Assembly: GCF_009834535.1 (NCBI RefSeq)
Contig: NC_045696.1
Coordinates: forward strand, 90,088,001-90,152,000
DNA: 64,000 nt
Direction of reading: 5' to 3'
Source of the DNA: Camelus ferus
Taxonomy: Eukaryota
Both the position numbers and the translations under genes were made by a program. Of this stretch, positions 1 through 10,580 are shown one piece after another. The notes below the pieces were generated by a model that ran no database searches, was not told the origin of the DNA, and saw only the letters and a list, made by a program, of their open reading frames with translations. Position 1 is the stretch's first letter; each line of letters begins with the position of its first letter.

Positions 1-259
1 TATTTCCCATTAACCTCTTATATATTTTCAAGATTCCAGTCAAATTGCCTATTCCCTTAATCACCCTCAAATCACTTCATTCTGCTTCTCCCATGTGAAA
101 TAGCTTCTCAATTCCACAAATTCCTATCCACCCTTCAACCCCAAAGTTAAATACAACCTTTCTGTATATCTATATATATAAACACTTCCACTAATCCTCA
201 GCTGTAGTATTGAAATTCCACCAGCCCTGGGTCCAGACTGTCCACACAATCGGATCCTA

Positions 260-540
260 CAAGGTCTTTCTATGCCAAAGAAAAAAGCTTGGAATTTATT
301 CTCTAGGCTATAGGGAACCAATGAAGAGTATTCAACATTGGAATTATAAATTAGAGTAGCTTTTAACTCAGATGATGCTATGGCAGTGGAGAGACTGAAT
401 TGGATGGTAGAAGACACTAGAGATGGAAGGACCCATTAAGTAGTTACTAAATCTCCCCAGGAGAGAAGACTGAAGGAAGGGCATGTTCTGGAGGGGAAGA
501 TAATGAGCAAAATTCTAAATGCCCTGAGTTTGAGGTTCTG
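260..540 (-). mobile_element. L2 LINE fragment; appears to resume at about 1102-1160 after nested insertions
   Basis: Degenerate match to antisense L2 3' region (ttggaatttattctctaggctatagggaaccaatg...gatgatgctatggcagtggagagactgaattgga). Confidence 0.6.
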
Positions 541-690
541 GGGACTAGAGTGAGATAGGCAAAGCACACAGGGTGCAGAATTAAGGAGGTACTCCCTGTC
601 AGGTGCCCATCTCGCCCTTGCATGACCATGAGAGTGAGTACTTCCTTAAATTCTTTACCCTGGGTACCCAGCTTGCCTACCCTGAGTTCC
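541..690. mobile_element. Palindromic non-autonomous hAT MITE (MER91-like)
   Basis: Long imperfect inverted repeats: left ...cagggtgcagaattaaggaggtactc; right gagtacttccttaaattctttaccctggg... Confidence 0.6.
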
Positions 691-694
691 CATG

Positions 695-1101
695 GTATAT
701 TTTGAAGAGATATCACCTTGGCAGCCAAGGAGGTACACCTCTTAGAAAGAACTTGCTGTCCAGCTGCAAGAAGTTCTTCTCCAGTTACAGAACATTCAGG
801 ATCTGCCCCAACTTTTGAGTCAAAAGATAGTTCTTGTCCTTTCCTGGGAACCACCAGTCAGTGACCAAGCAGGTTAGGGGTACTCGGCCTGGCCATTTCT
901 GTCCAATGTGGGGCTCCCCTCATAGGCAATCTTCCCTCTGGAGATCACCACTGAGATGGATGACGCTGTGTCTGATCTGCACTGCGTTCTGAAGCCTTTC
1001 CCTGCACAACTCTGCTTCTTACCCCTTTTGTCTTCATCCTCCAGTAAAACACCTACTCAGTAATTCTGCCTCAGCATCTGTTCCCAGGGGACCTAAATGA
1101 C
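695..1101 (+). mobile_element. ERVL solo LTR (LTR16-like)
   Basis: 3' end ctgcctcagcatctgttcccaggggacctaaatgaca and internal ggcctggccatttctgtccaatgtggggctcc resemble the LTR16 family. Confidence 0.6.
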
Positions 1102-1177
1102 ACATCTAGTCAGCAACTGGTCACACCAGTCTGGACCTGGAGCTAGAGATGAAGTGATAAGCTGAAGTGGCCCCATC

Positions 1178-1400
1178 ATGCAGTGGTTAGAAGGCTGGGT
1201 TTCAGAGTCTGGGTTCAAATCCCAGCTCATCCACTTCTGACCCTAACCTTCAACAAGTTATGAAACTTCTCACTCCTTCCATTTCTTCACAAACAGAAAG
1301 AAGATTTTAATGAATAAATGAGGAATACATGAGATAATGCATTTGAAGTATTTAGCATAGTGCCTGGCCCACAGTAAATGCTCAAGAAACATTAATTAAC
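1178..1400 (+). mobile_element. MIR SINE
   Basis: ctgggttcaaatcccagctc, core and tail tagcatagtgcctggcccacagtaaatgctcaa. Confidence 0.85.
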
Positions 1401-4400
1401 ATTATTGCATAAACTTTGAAATGCTGTTTTACAGAGGTTGATGGATACAATGAAATAGAAATGTTCACTTACTCAGAGAATTTTCCAGTAAGGATATAAT
1501 AAGGCTAATGAAGGTTAATTAAAACTGTTTCAAACCCAACCCTGTAATTTTTTTTTATTTCTTTTGCCATTTCTCCTAACATGGTTCCTTTTCTCCTCAT
1601 ATAATATCATCTCCTTTCTGTCTCCTACCATGATTTGTTTCTTCCCATATTTCTTTTCCATCCACCCAAAATGCCTATTTCTCTCCATTTTATCAGTTGC
1701 TGCTAATAACCTCCTTCAAAACTTGGTTGAGAACTCACCTTCTCCTTGATGGCCTGCCCTACCCACCCCAACTGTGATCTCTACTGGAAAATCTCAGAAT
1801 GAAAGCATTTTGAAACAAGGTAGTTTCCTCCCCAAAAGGTAATTCTCAAACCATGTTGAAGGTATCTGTGCTTTCATAAATAATTGTTAATAACAAAATA
1901 GCAGGAACAGCATCTCCTCTTTCTTTAGACAGACCTCCCCTCCCCGACTCACCCATTTACTCGAGGCTAGGAGGTGGCTTGGCAAAGTGATGCCCAGTAA
2001 ATGCTTACTTAGAGGATGAATGTTTCAGCTGTGGACGCATGGTCAGTCCATAAATTATATTTTTATAGCCTCTTCCTATATGTGAGCCTTAAAAAACGAA
2101 ATGTTTCTTAAGACAACCTGAGTCATACAATGGAGTAACTATTGTATGGAGCCAGTGTTTTACAATCATTTTAGGTATTGCAGGTAATATAAATCTATTC
2201 TATAAAATAAAGGCCTGATCTATAATACATCTAAAAGCCAGTAAGAAATCATAATTAGAGACAGATGGCGAACGCAGCATGCTTTCCTCTCACTGTTTGG
2301 TACATACAATATTCCCTACAAAATGGCACTGAGCATTTTCCTGTTACCACGCAGTGCCATAGAAACTCAGAAAAATAAAACCTTTTTTTTACACCTATGA
2401 AACTGACTTCAAACAAAATAACCAACTTCAAAAGTAAGATGAAACTGTTTTGTAGTGTGGTTGAATGCACTGGATGTTTTTACATAGCTTAATATTTGTA
2501 TGTGTGCATAAATGCATACTGTAATATACCAAAAAAGTACTACTAAATCTTCAGTCATCCTATATATATTCAATTTGAAACCTGCATCAAGTTATTCACA
2601 AAGGCAAGAGTCCTACTCAAATAGGTCACAATATTAGGTGTATTTAAAAATTGGAAATGAATAGTACCTAAAATAAAATCAGTTACACACAGAGCAATGC
2701 ATGAGTATAATATTAATAGCCAGCACAGGTTTTTAATGGCTCCCAATATAATATGCCCTTTCAGGGAACCATTCATACATACTGAAATGCATTTTCACTG
2801 TACTGCTTTGAGTAATTATCAATTAAACGTGGCTGATAAAAATCAGCATAAAAGTTAATGTAATTTTTTTGGAAATACACCTAATCCTCTATAAGTATAT
2901 AGCTCTGTAAGTGATAAACTGTTAGATCTCAAACACTAAGAAGTAAAAACAGTTTCACACTGATTTTCAAGAATACACATTTTTATTGTTTATAATTCAG
3001 TAAACTATTTTATCAAAGTTTATAATCATCTAAATTCAAAGAAAATCAAAATTAATTTGTTTTATAATCAATATCTTGAAGCAAAAGTAATTAATAGCAA
3101 TATAAAATAATTAACCTACTTACTACCTCATTTTAAATAGTGAGGCATTAACACTATCCTAACCTGTTCTACTTAACAAGTTTACATTTAAGCTGTTTCC
3201 ATTTTCAAATATCAAGACCTACTGCACATTCAGAAAACCCACTTGAGAAAAATCTGTTTCATTAATTTCTCAGGAAACTGCTAATTCAATGTAATTTTCT
3301 TTGTGAACTCTGAGTTGCTTCATTATTTTCTTATCTTCACAACAGTTGGTAATAATTGATCTCTCAAAAAGCAAGGAAAGAATGCAAAGTAAAATTATTA
3401 TAAAATGAAGACTAGAAAGCAAATTCTTACTACACAAGTGAGCAATACTCAAGAGAAGTTGTTTATCTTAAATATACAGCACATTAGAGTTATAATTAGC
3501 TAACCGCCACAGTTAGAAATATATACACACATTTTTCAAAATAAGTCTTTTAAATAAAGTACTGTAGGCATCTTTCTAGCTTAAGGATTTGAAATAGCAA
3601 TTAAGTCTGAACCTTAAATCATTTGTCTCTATAACTAGGAGAGCAAGTCCCCAGGATGTAAATCTCACCCAATGAGACAAGGGATGCTGAATGTATTATT
3701 AATTGCTAAATAATTTCTTAATTTTAGAATCTAGCACCCAACACTGGCAAATAAATAATGTGATTTATGAGCCCACACTCTCATGCTGCTTTACTAGAGT
3801 CTGATAAACGCATGCACACCCTAAATGTACGGTGTGAACATGATTTCTACAAACCAGGAAACATAGCAGGACTCGGCGATAGCAAATCTACCCCATCTAC
3901 TTATTATTCAAGCACTTGTATTTAGAATATCTAAAATGCCTGCTGAACACTGCGGCTCAACGTCCCCGTGGGGTTACTCTGAAGCAGAACCACAGCTCTT
4001 TCCCTCAGTGATTACTGAGTTTCAAGAAGGCAGGTAACATGGGGTAGAAATTCTCATGCAGCCGCAAGATAACTCCTCTCCAAATTTTCAAAAATCAACA
4101 CTCCCTACACACACACACACCTTTTTTAAGAATGAAAGGAAGGTTTTTCAAAGAGGTGCCTAAAACACGCCGTTTGCATGAATAAAAAATGTATTTTTCT
4201 TCTACTTGCTGCTGTGTGAGATGTTTACAGATCTGATTAGAAAACCTGGATGTACATAAAAAGTAGTGCTTTCAATGAGATTCCTGTAGTGAAATCTTCC
4301 TGTGCAGACAAATGTATACATAAATAATACATATTTATGCAAACAAGCCTATGTTAACAAGGACACACAAACGCACACCTAGACCAGTAATTAAGCTTAC

Positions 4401-4529
4401 ACTGTCCTACAAGCCCCCTTTGACAATTTAGCATGCATGTTACTCAGAAGACATATTTTTTAAAAAAATAATAAGCAGCTGCAAATAATGCATGCCAAAG
4501 TGGCATGTTTAGAGGAGCAAATACATTAC

Positions 4530-4557
4530 CAGACGCATTTTGAAGTTTCTGGAACAC
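4530..4557 (-). CDS. Candidate 28-nt exon containing a putative start (ATG CGT CTG = Met-Arg-Leu, 4538-4530) of an unidentified gene
   Basis: Minus strand: tattcacaatctccttttacctgcag|GTGTTCCAGAAACTTCAAAATGCGTCTG|gtaatg; pyrimidine tract, CAG acceptor, GT donor, A at Kozak -3; lies in TE-poor island. Confidence 0.5.
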
Positions 4558-4843
4558 CTGCAGGTAAAAGGAGATTGTGAATAGGATGCTGGCACACGGT
4601 CTTCCTCAGAATCCCAGAGCTCGGTGTGACTGTGGGGGAATGCAAGGCGAGTGTGAGGCTGGAAACCTTTCAGTTGAGCTCACTCTAGGCATCAGAAAGC
4701 CTCAAAGAGGGGAAAGAAAAAGGCAGACCACAGACAGCTAGATGAGAAACTTCTGGCACCTCTCCAGCTCAGGAATGAATTCTCTGTAATTTGGAGATGT
4801 ATAGTGATGGAAATGAAGAGAAACTTGGATTTGCGGGTGAATT

Positions 4844-4854
4844 TGCTCAGTCAT
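4844..4854 (-). promoter_or_regulatory. Antioxidant-response-element-like motif (ATGACTGAGCA followed by AAT)
   Basis: Matches RTGACnnnGCA with an AT-rich 3' flank; motif only. Confidence 0.25.
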
Positions 4855-5161
4855 GCAGAAATGGGCAGGTAACAGTCTCTTAGCTCATTTTAAAACAGTC
4901 ATTCAGGAACAAGACTGAATAAAAAAATTAACAGGCATCCTTTTTTTCTGAAAAAATAAAAATAAAAAGGCTACTCCTGCCAGCTTCCCAAGATGCCTTT
5001 ACAAACTTCAAATGGATCATTCCATCAGCTATTTGTTGCACATTTTATTAATCCCAGTGCAGGGGTAAACTGGAAAATCTAATTCCTTTTATGTAGAAGA
5101 CTGGATTTATTGCTTCTTTTTATAATGCACTTTAGTCATATAAATACATAGATTTACTTAC

Positions 5162-5235
5162 AGAGTTCTCGTTTCTTGTGTAAAACCACTACTGTTTGGT
5201 CCAGATAAAATGCTAAAAGGCTTGTTCGCAGCTTT
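5162..5235 (-). other. Candidate 74-nt upstream exon, probably 5'UTR
   Basis: Minus strand: atttttttctccacttccctag|AAAGCTGCGAAC...GAGAACTCT|gtaagt; strong pyrimidine tract and consensus GTAAGT donor. Confidence 0.5.
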
Positions 5236-6109
5236 CTAGGGAAGTGGAGAAAAAAATGTTTTAACCCTCAAGCTGAGCTGAGTACAGATATTTAAATGTA
5301 GAGTTTGAAGCAGAGTATAAAGGAAGCGCCCTGAGCCATTAAGTGGCACATAAGAGATACGGTTATCCACGAGCACTGAGCAGGCAGGTGGCTCAAGTCT
5401 ATAAATATATACATAATTAAGGATAGGAAGAAAAGAGCCTTGGCAAATTAAGTTCTTAGAGACAATAGCTGTGATTTTGTTTAGGCTTACAAATGAGCTA
5501 ATAATTTCCAGGAAGCACATGTGGGCTTCACCTTGTCTGATGAACTCCTCAGCTCACAAATAGAGAGCAAGTTTGGACGCATTGAGCCCTGGCAATCTAT
5601 ATTCAAATGTAATGAGGAGAAGAACAATATTACCATGAAGAATACTGTCATATTACATTGTGCCTGCGTGGCTTAACTACTCATCCAACCTTGCAAATGG
5701 CCATTTGCCTGGACTCAAAAGCAAATGCGCTATCGATGGGAGGGTGGAGGTGGGAGGCCGATTCTATTTGTTTTACTACCCGCGCACCTTTGGGAGGCTC
5801 GGCATAAAATGCATGGGCTGAGCGTGGGAGCGATTCTTCTCAAGGCCACGTTTACCCATAATAAATTCAAAGTGGAATTAATGATGACCAATTAAGCTAT
5901 TTATTATTTTAACTCTTGAGGTCAAGGGCAAAACAGTATTTATATTTATTGATAGAGGGTCGATGGCAAGATGGCTGAAGATGGCCAGGCTCACCTTTAA
6001 ACATACTCAATAAACACGTATTGACTGTGAAGCCTCCGGCCTCCTGACATTCCAAGGCCCAGGCCTTTCTGTCCAGAAGATTCGTTCTTATCTCTCCACT
6101 ACCATCTGC

Positions 6110-6220
6110 TTCATCCATCTATTCAACAAATACCCAGTGAATCAGACACTCCACCTCCTAACCTGTAGACACTTAAGACAAGGCCTTCCCTCCAGGAGCT
6201 TCCCATTGTCAGGGAGGACC
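6110..6220 (-). mobile_element. L2 3' end fragment
   Basis: tcatccatctattcaacaaata...ccctccaggagcttcccatt. Confidence 0.5.
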
Positions 6221-6265
6221 ACCGGTCTCAGGAAGAGATGGGCACATCAGAAGTATCGTTCCCAG

Positions 6266-6518
6266 AGGGCAGAGGGGATGGGAAGGGATAAATTGGGAGT
6301 TCCAGATTTGCAGACACTAGCTACTATATATAAAATGGATAAACAAAACAAGTTTTTTCTGTATAGCACAGCGAACTATAGTCAATATCTTATACTAACC
6401 TATAATGAAAAAATATGAAAAGAAACATATGTATGTACATGTATGACTGAAACACTATGCTGTACACCAGAAATTGACAGAACATTGTAAACTGACTATA
6501 CTTCAATTTTAAAAAAAG
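6266..6518 (+). mobile_element. L1 3'UTR end, 5'-truncated, comparatively young
   Basis: gggataaattgggagttccagatttgcagac...gctgtacaccagaaattgac...aactgactatacttcaattttaaaaaaa. Confidence 0.9.
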
Positions 6519-7659
6519 TACAAATACCCATGCCTGCTGCTATCTCTTCCTTTTGGATTCCCTTTTGGTGGGGGAGGTAAGCAGAGTTTGCAAATGTGTT
6601 TGGGGAAAATCTCCCCAGGTGATTCTGATTAAGTCCCCTCCTCCACTCCACAGGAGTAACAGCAATTCAAGGTGATTGTAAGCCTTCTAGTAATTGAGAG
6701 GAGGGTGTCTCAACCACCGCTGCATGGAGATTCAAGTTAACCTGCACTCTGTGTCTCTGCTTACCCATCCAGCATGGAGGGCCCCTACATCATCAGTGTG
6801 CCCCAGAGCCTGGTCTGCAGGTTCTGAATGGATATGGGAGCCAAAGCAGAATGCAAAAGATTCTACTACCTCATTGCTTAAAGGTACTTCCTCAGCAAAT
6901 CAAATTTCATGAGGGGGAAGGTTCAGCTGAGGAGCCAAGGACTCAGCATGGTAGGTCTCTTTTTTCTCCACTTCTCCACAGGAGACCACTGAGGAACTCA
7001 GAGCATGGAAACCACCTCAGCTCCAGTGCCAGAGAACCCCCTGGTGAGTTCAAATCCTGGAACCTTCCAGCAGAGTGGTCCCACAGCCAGAAGACAGGCT
7101 GCCACAGCCCAGCCCCCTCCCTCCACAGCTGATCCCCTTCTAAGGAGCTTGAGGGCCTGAGAAGATGGGCTTCAGGCTTTCTGGAACATCTCCTCAGGGA
7201 GCTGGTGGTGGAAGAGTCTCCCGAGCCACTCCTCAGAGGTGTGAGAGGAGAATGTGGTCACACCATCCTCAGATGGCCAGTCCACCTGCCTCTCCACCCT
7301 CCTTGACTTTCAGCACAGGCTCATTCCATGTCCCACCAGCTCACCCACGGTGGCAGTCAGAACAGCTCGGGGGAAGTGGGGGCTCACTCAGCCTCTTCCC
7401 CACTTACTGCCCTCAGCTCAGCGCCACCTTCGTTCACTCAGGAAGAAACCAATTGTGGCAGGTATTCTGAAGACAAAGCTCATGTGACCAACTAAAATAC
7501 AAACCTCTTTATGTACCAATTCTACCAAAAAAATCAATGTTTTCTATCTCCTCTAGTTCTCAGTTAAGAAAATCAGAAAAGCTTGACCTTGAGGCACGAA
7601 GAGAAGGGAGAGCACAAATGTTCACAGGTGGGAGCCCTGCAGAGATGCTGGAGAAACGG

Positions 7660-7835
7660 GCCTGAGTTTGAAGATGGGATTCCCTCTAAGTGGGTCTTGG
7701 GGGAGCCATTTCCATTCCCTCCTACTGCTTCCTCTTTTGTAAAAGAAAAAAGACCTACCTTATCAAGTTATTTTGAAAGCTGAAATATGGAAAGTGCCTG
7801 GGGCATCATACGCTACTCAAGAAATAGTAACTCAG
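7660..7835 (+). mobile_element. MIR fragment
   Basis: Degenerate core cttcctcttttgtaaaag...cctaccttatcaagtt...gaaagtgcctgg. Confidence 0.5.
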
Positions 7836-7927
7836 GTTATAATAATCGAAAGTGTCCATTTGCCTTCAATGTCCCACTACCCTGTGAGGACAGGACAGGG
7901 ACTATATCTGAGTCATGGGCCTCCGCA

Positions 7928-8058
7928 TCCATCCATTCCACGTGGTTTTTTGACCAACTACCACTCCTGCATTCCCAGCTAGGTGCCAGGTAACCGGCAG
8001 TGGATAAGACAGAGCTGGCTCCTGCCCTCATGTGGCTCACAATCTAGTGAGGGAGATG
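7928..8058 (-). mobile_element. L2 3' end fragment
   Basis: cagtggataagacagagctggctcctgccctcatgtggctcacaatctagtgagggaga. Confidence 0.7.
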
Positions 8059-8122
8059 GAAAGAAGTGCTCACTAAAATATATGTTAAATATTTAAATTA
8101 AGAACGTGCTAACTAAAATACA

Positions 8123-8463
8123 TGTCTTAGTCTGCTCAGGCTGCCATCACAGAACACCTGGGTGGCTTAGACAACAGCTATTTCTCACACTTCTAGAGGC
8201 TGGGAAGTCTGGTATCAAGGGGCCTGCAGGTTCGGTTGCTGGTGAGAGCTCTCTTCCAGGCTTGCAGATGGCCACCTTCCCACTGTATCCTGCTGTCTCT
8301 TCCTCTTCTTACAAGGATACTAATGCCATCACAGGGGTCCATCCTCATGACCTCATCTAAACTTAATCACTCTCAAGGGTCCTGCCTCCAAATACCATCA
8401 CATTGAGGGTTGGGACTTCAATGTATGAATTTTGAAGAGACACAAAACATTCAGTCCATAACA
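8123..8463 (-). mobile_element. MaLR solo LTR (MLT1A/B-like)
   Basis: TG...CA termini (tgtcttagtctgctcaggctgcc...cattcagtccataaca); near-perfect 5-bp TSD ataca/atata. Confidence 0.9.
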
Positions 8464-8963
8464 ATATAAGAATGAATTAACTAATTAGCTAATGGTAACC
8501 CTTTTAGTTTTGTTTATAACAGCCCAGAGAATGTCAAGGGCAGGAATGGAAGAAAATTTGTGACCGCTTCCAATAATTACCTTCAAATGGGGGACTCGGG
8601 GCTGATGGCCTGGTCCTCAAGTAGGTGGCTTCTCTCGAGGAGCTGTCCTCTGAGACCCATCAGACCAGCTAGCCCAGGCAGCCCTCTGATATGTCCTCAC
8701 GGTCCCTTCCATCCCACCAGCAAAATGTTCTGGTTCCTGGCCTCACTGTTTTACATCCAAGCTGTCTGAAATGCAATAACGTTTTTTTTAAAGAGCAACC
8801 AGGATTTTAATTAAAGTTCCAGGGATCCAGCCAAGGATATTTTTCTAAAAGAGAAGCAATATCTGTTTTTGGAGACAGAACATTTCATAACAGAGATCTC
8901 ATATATTTCGATGAATGATAAATAGCGCCATGTACTGTACCCTTGGAGGAACCAGACTGCCGA

Positions 8964-9011
8964 GTGTATGTGTGTGCACGTGTGCATGTGTGTGGATGTG
9001 TGTGCGTGTGT
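8964..9011. repeat. Degenerate (TG)n simple repeat
   Basis: gtgtatgtgtgtgcacgtgtgcatgtgtgtggatgtgtgtgcgtgtgt. Confidence 0.8.
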
Positions 9012-10430
9012 AATGCTCATCCTGCCTAACCAGGACAGACTCAGGGAGGCAAATGCACTCCAGTTACTTAAATCATTCAGATATTTAAGGAAGACAGTTA
9101 ATGGAACAACATTAGGGCCTGTCTCTCAAGGGCAGGAGATTACCTTTTGTTCTCCCTGATGAGTCCCTTTGATTTAAAGGCTCTGGCTACAAGACTCCCT
9201 GCAAACAGTGTCAGGTAAGAATTCAACTTCTGCAAGTGCTGGTCAGCAGATGTCCACCATACACCTAATCCAGGGAGAGACCACTTGGGATACTGCAATT
9301 CCACACTACCCATGCGCAGTGGCAAAGGAATTTAAAATAGAATGAGGTCCCAGTATCACAGCTGTGAGTTCAGCAAGATTATTCTATCTATGAGTTTTGT
9401 CTTGTAAATTCTTGCTTGCTGCTTGGAAAATCTCTGATAATCCCCACACATCAAGCCAGTCAGGGGCTAAAGAGAGTGAACTCCAAAGGCACCCTACTTC
9501 CTCCATGAACCTGCAGAGCCTCCAGTGCAGGCAGGGGTGCACTCGTGTCCTTTTTGGGCCCATATAGGGTCCCTAGATCCTGTGACACTGATGCATCAGC
9601 GGGACACCTGTGAGGAGCTGGCAGGCCACCTCAGGCAGAAGGGCCGGAGGCTGGGAAGCTTCTGATGCCTACCCATCCCCAGAGATGTGGTGCTGCCACG
9701 GGGCCAGCAACCCCAGATGGTGCTCTGCACAGACAGCAGAGGGGCAGACCACCACGGGTCTGCAGGAAGCCTCAGCCAAGACGCCGGCTGGCACCGTGGG
9801 TGTGGAACAGGAAGCTGGGGTGGTGGTATTAACCCCATTTTCCTGACCTTATGGATATTATTTCTCTAGATCCAAATGACAAAGGATAAGGAGGTGATTT
9901 TACAAGAAGGTAACAGTCAGTGCCATGCTAGACGGACATCTCAACCCTAAACACTCACTCACCTAAGAAAAAATTGACATGATTTCCCTGCCTCTAGTAA
10001 ACCATCAACACTCAGGCTAAATTACCCACACCCTCGCTTTTTGCATTGATTCCAGCTGGTGATAAAAGGTATAAAATCACAAGACAATATACTACACACG
10101 AATACAATTGTGTACTTATCACTATATATTTTGCCATAAGACAAATGCATTGGATTCTTTACATGAAAACAGCAAGTGGCAACCCTTTCAAGCCCTGAAA
10201 GCCTAGCCAGTGGAAGAAAGTGAGAACCGTGCGCAAGCACCGCCCACACAAGCCCAGGGAAGGGAAAGGGAGTGAGTGGCTAGGAGTCAGTTACCAACTT
10301 GGAATCAAGAAGGGACATCTGTGAGAGTCACTGATTCTCAAAATGTACAGAGCACGGGGGTCTTCCACAGCAAGCACAGCTGATTCTCACTCCAAAGGAA
10401 ATGGGTCCAAGTGCCACCTGGTGCAGGGGA

Positions 10431-10580
10431 CAAGCACTGGACCAGGAATCAGAAGGTCCAGGGTCTCAGTTGCTGCTCTGCCACGTAGCACTGCGACCTT
10501 ACCCTAGATCTCCCGTCAGTGTAGTGGGGATTAAGTCAGCCCTGCCCACTTGGTAGTTTTGATTTATGCAAAACACCACC
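10431..10580 (+). mobile_element. MIR fragment
   Basis: agcactggaccaggaatcagaagg...gctctgccacgtagcactgcgacctt. Confidence 0.6.

Noticed and set aside
447..854. 135-aa minus ORF
   Set aside because: Runs across LTR, MITE and L2 remnants; no domain signal
2009..2087. Minus-strand TATAAAAA (2067-2060), ACC-ATG (2040) ORF MRPQLKHSSS and a GTAAGC donor as another first or internal exon
   Set aside because: The ATG would fall at the TATA-implied start site, leaving no 5'UTR; as an internal exon it has a weak AAG acceptor and an early stop in the MRL frame
4530..4557. Assigning a gene symbol from the Met-Arg-Leu start
   Set aside because: Three codons are not diagnostic and I found no downstream coding exon in the window
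6694..7487. Cluster of overlapping plus-strand ORFs
   Set aside because: Expected from locally higher GC; no recognisable protein or convincing splice structure
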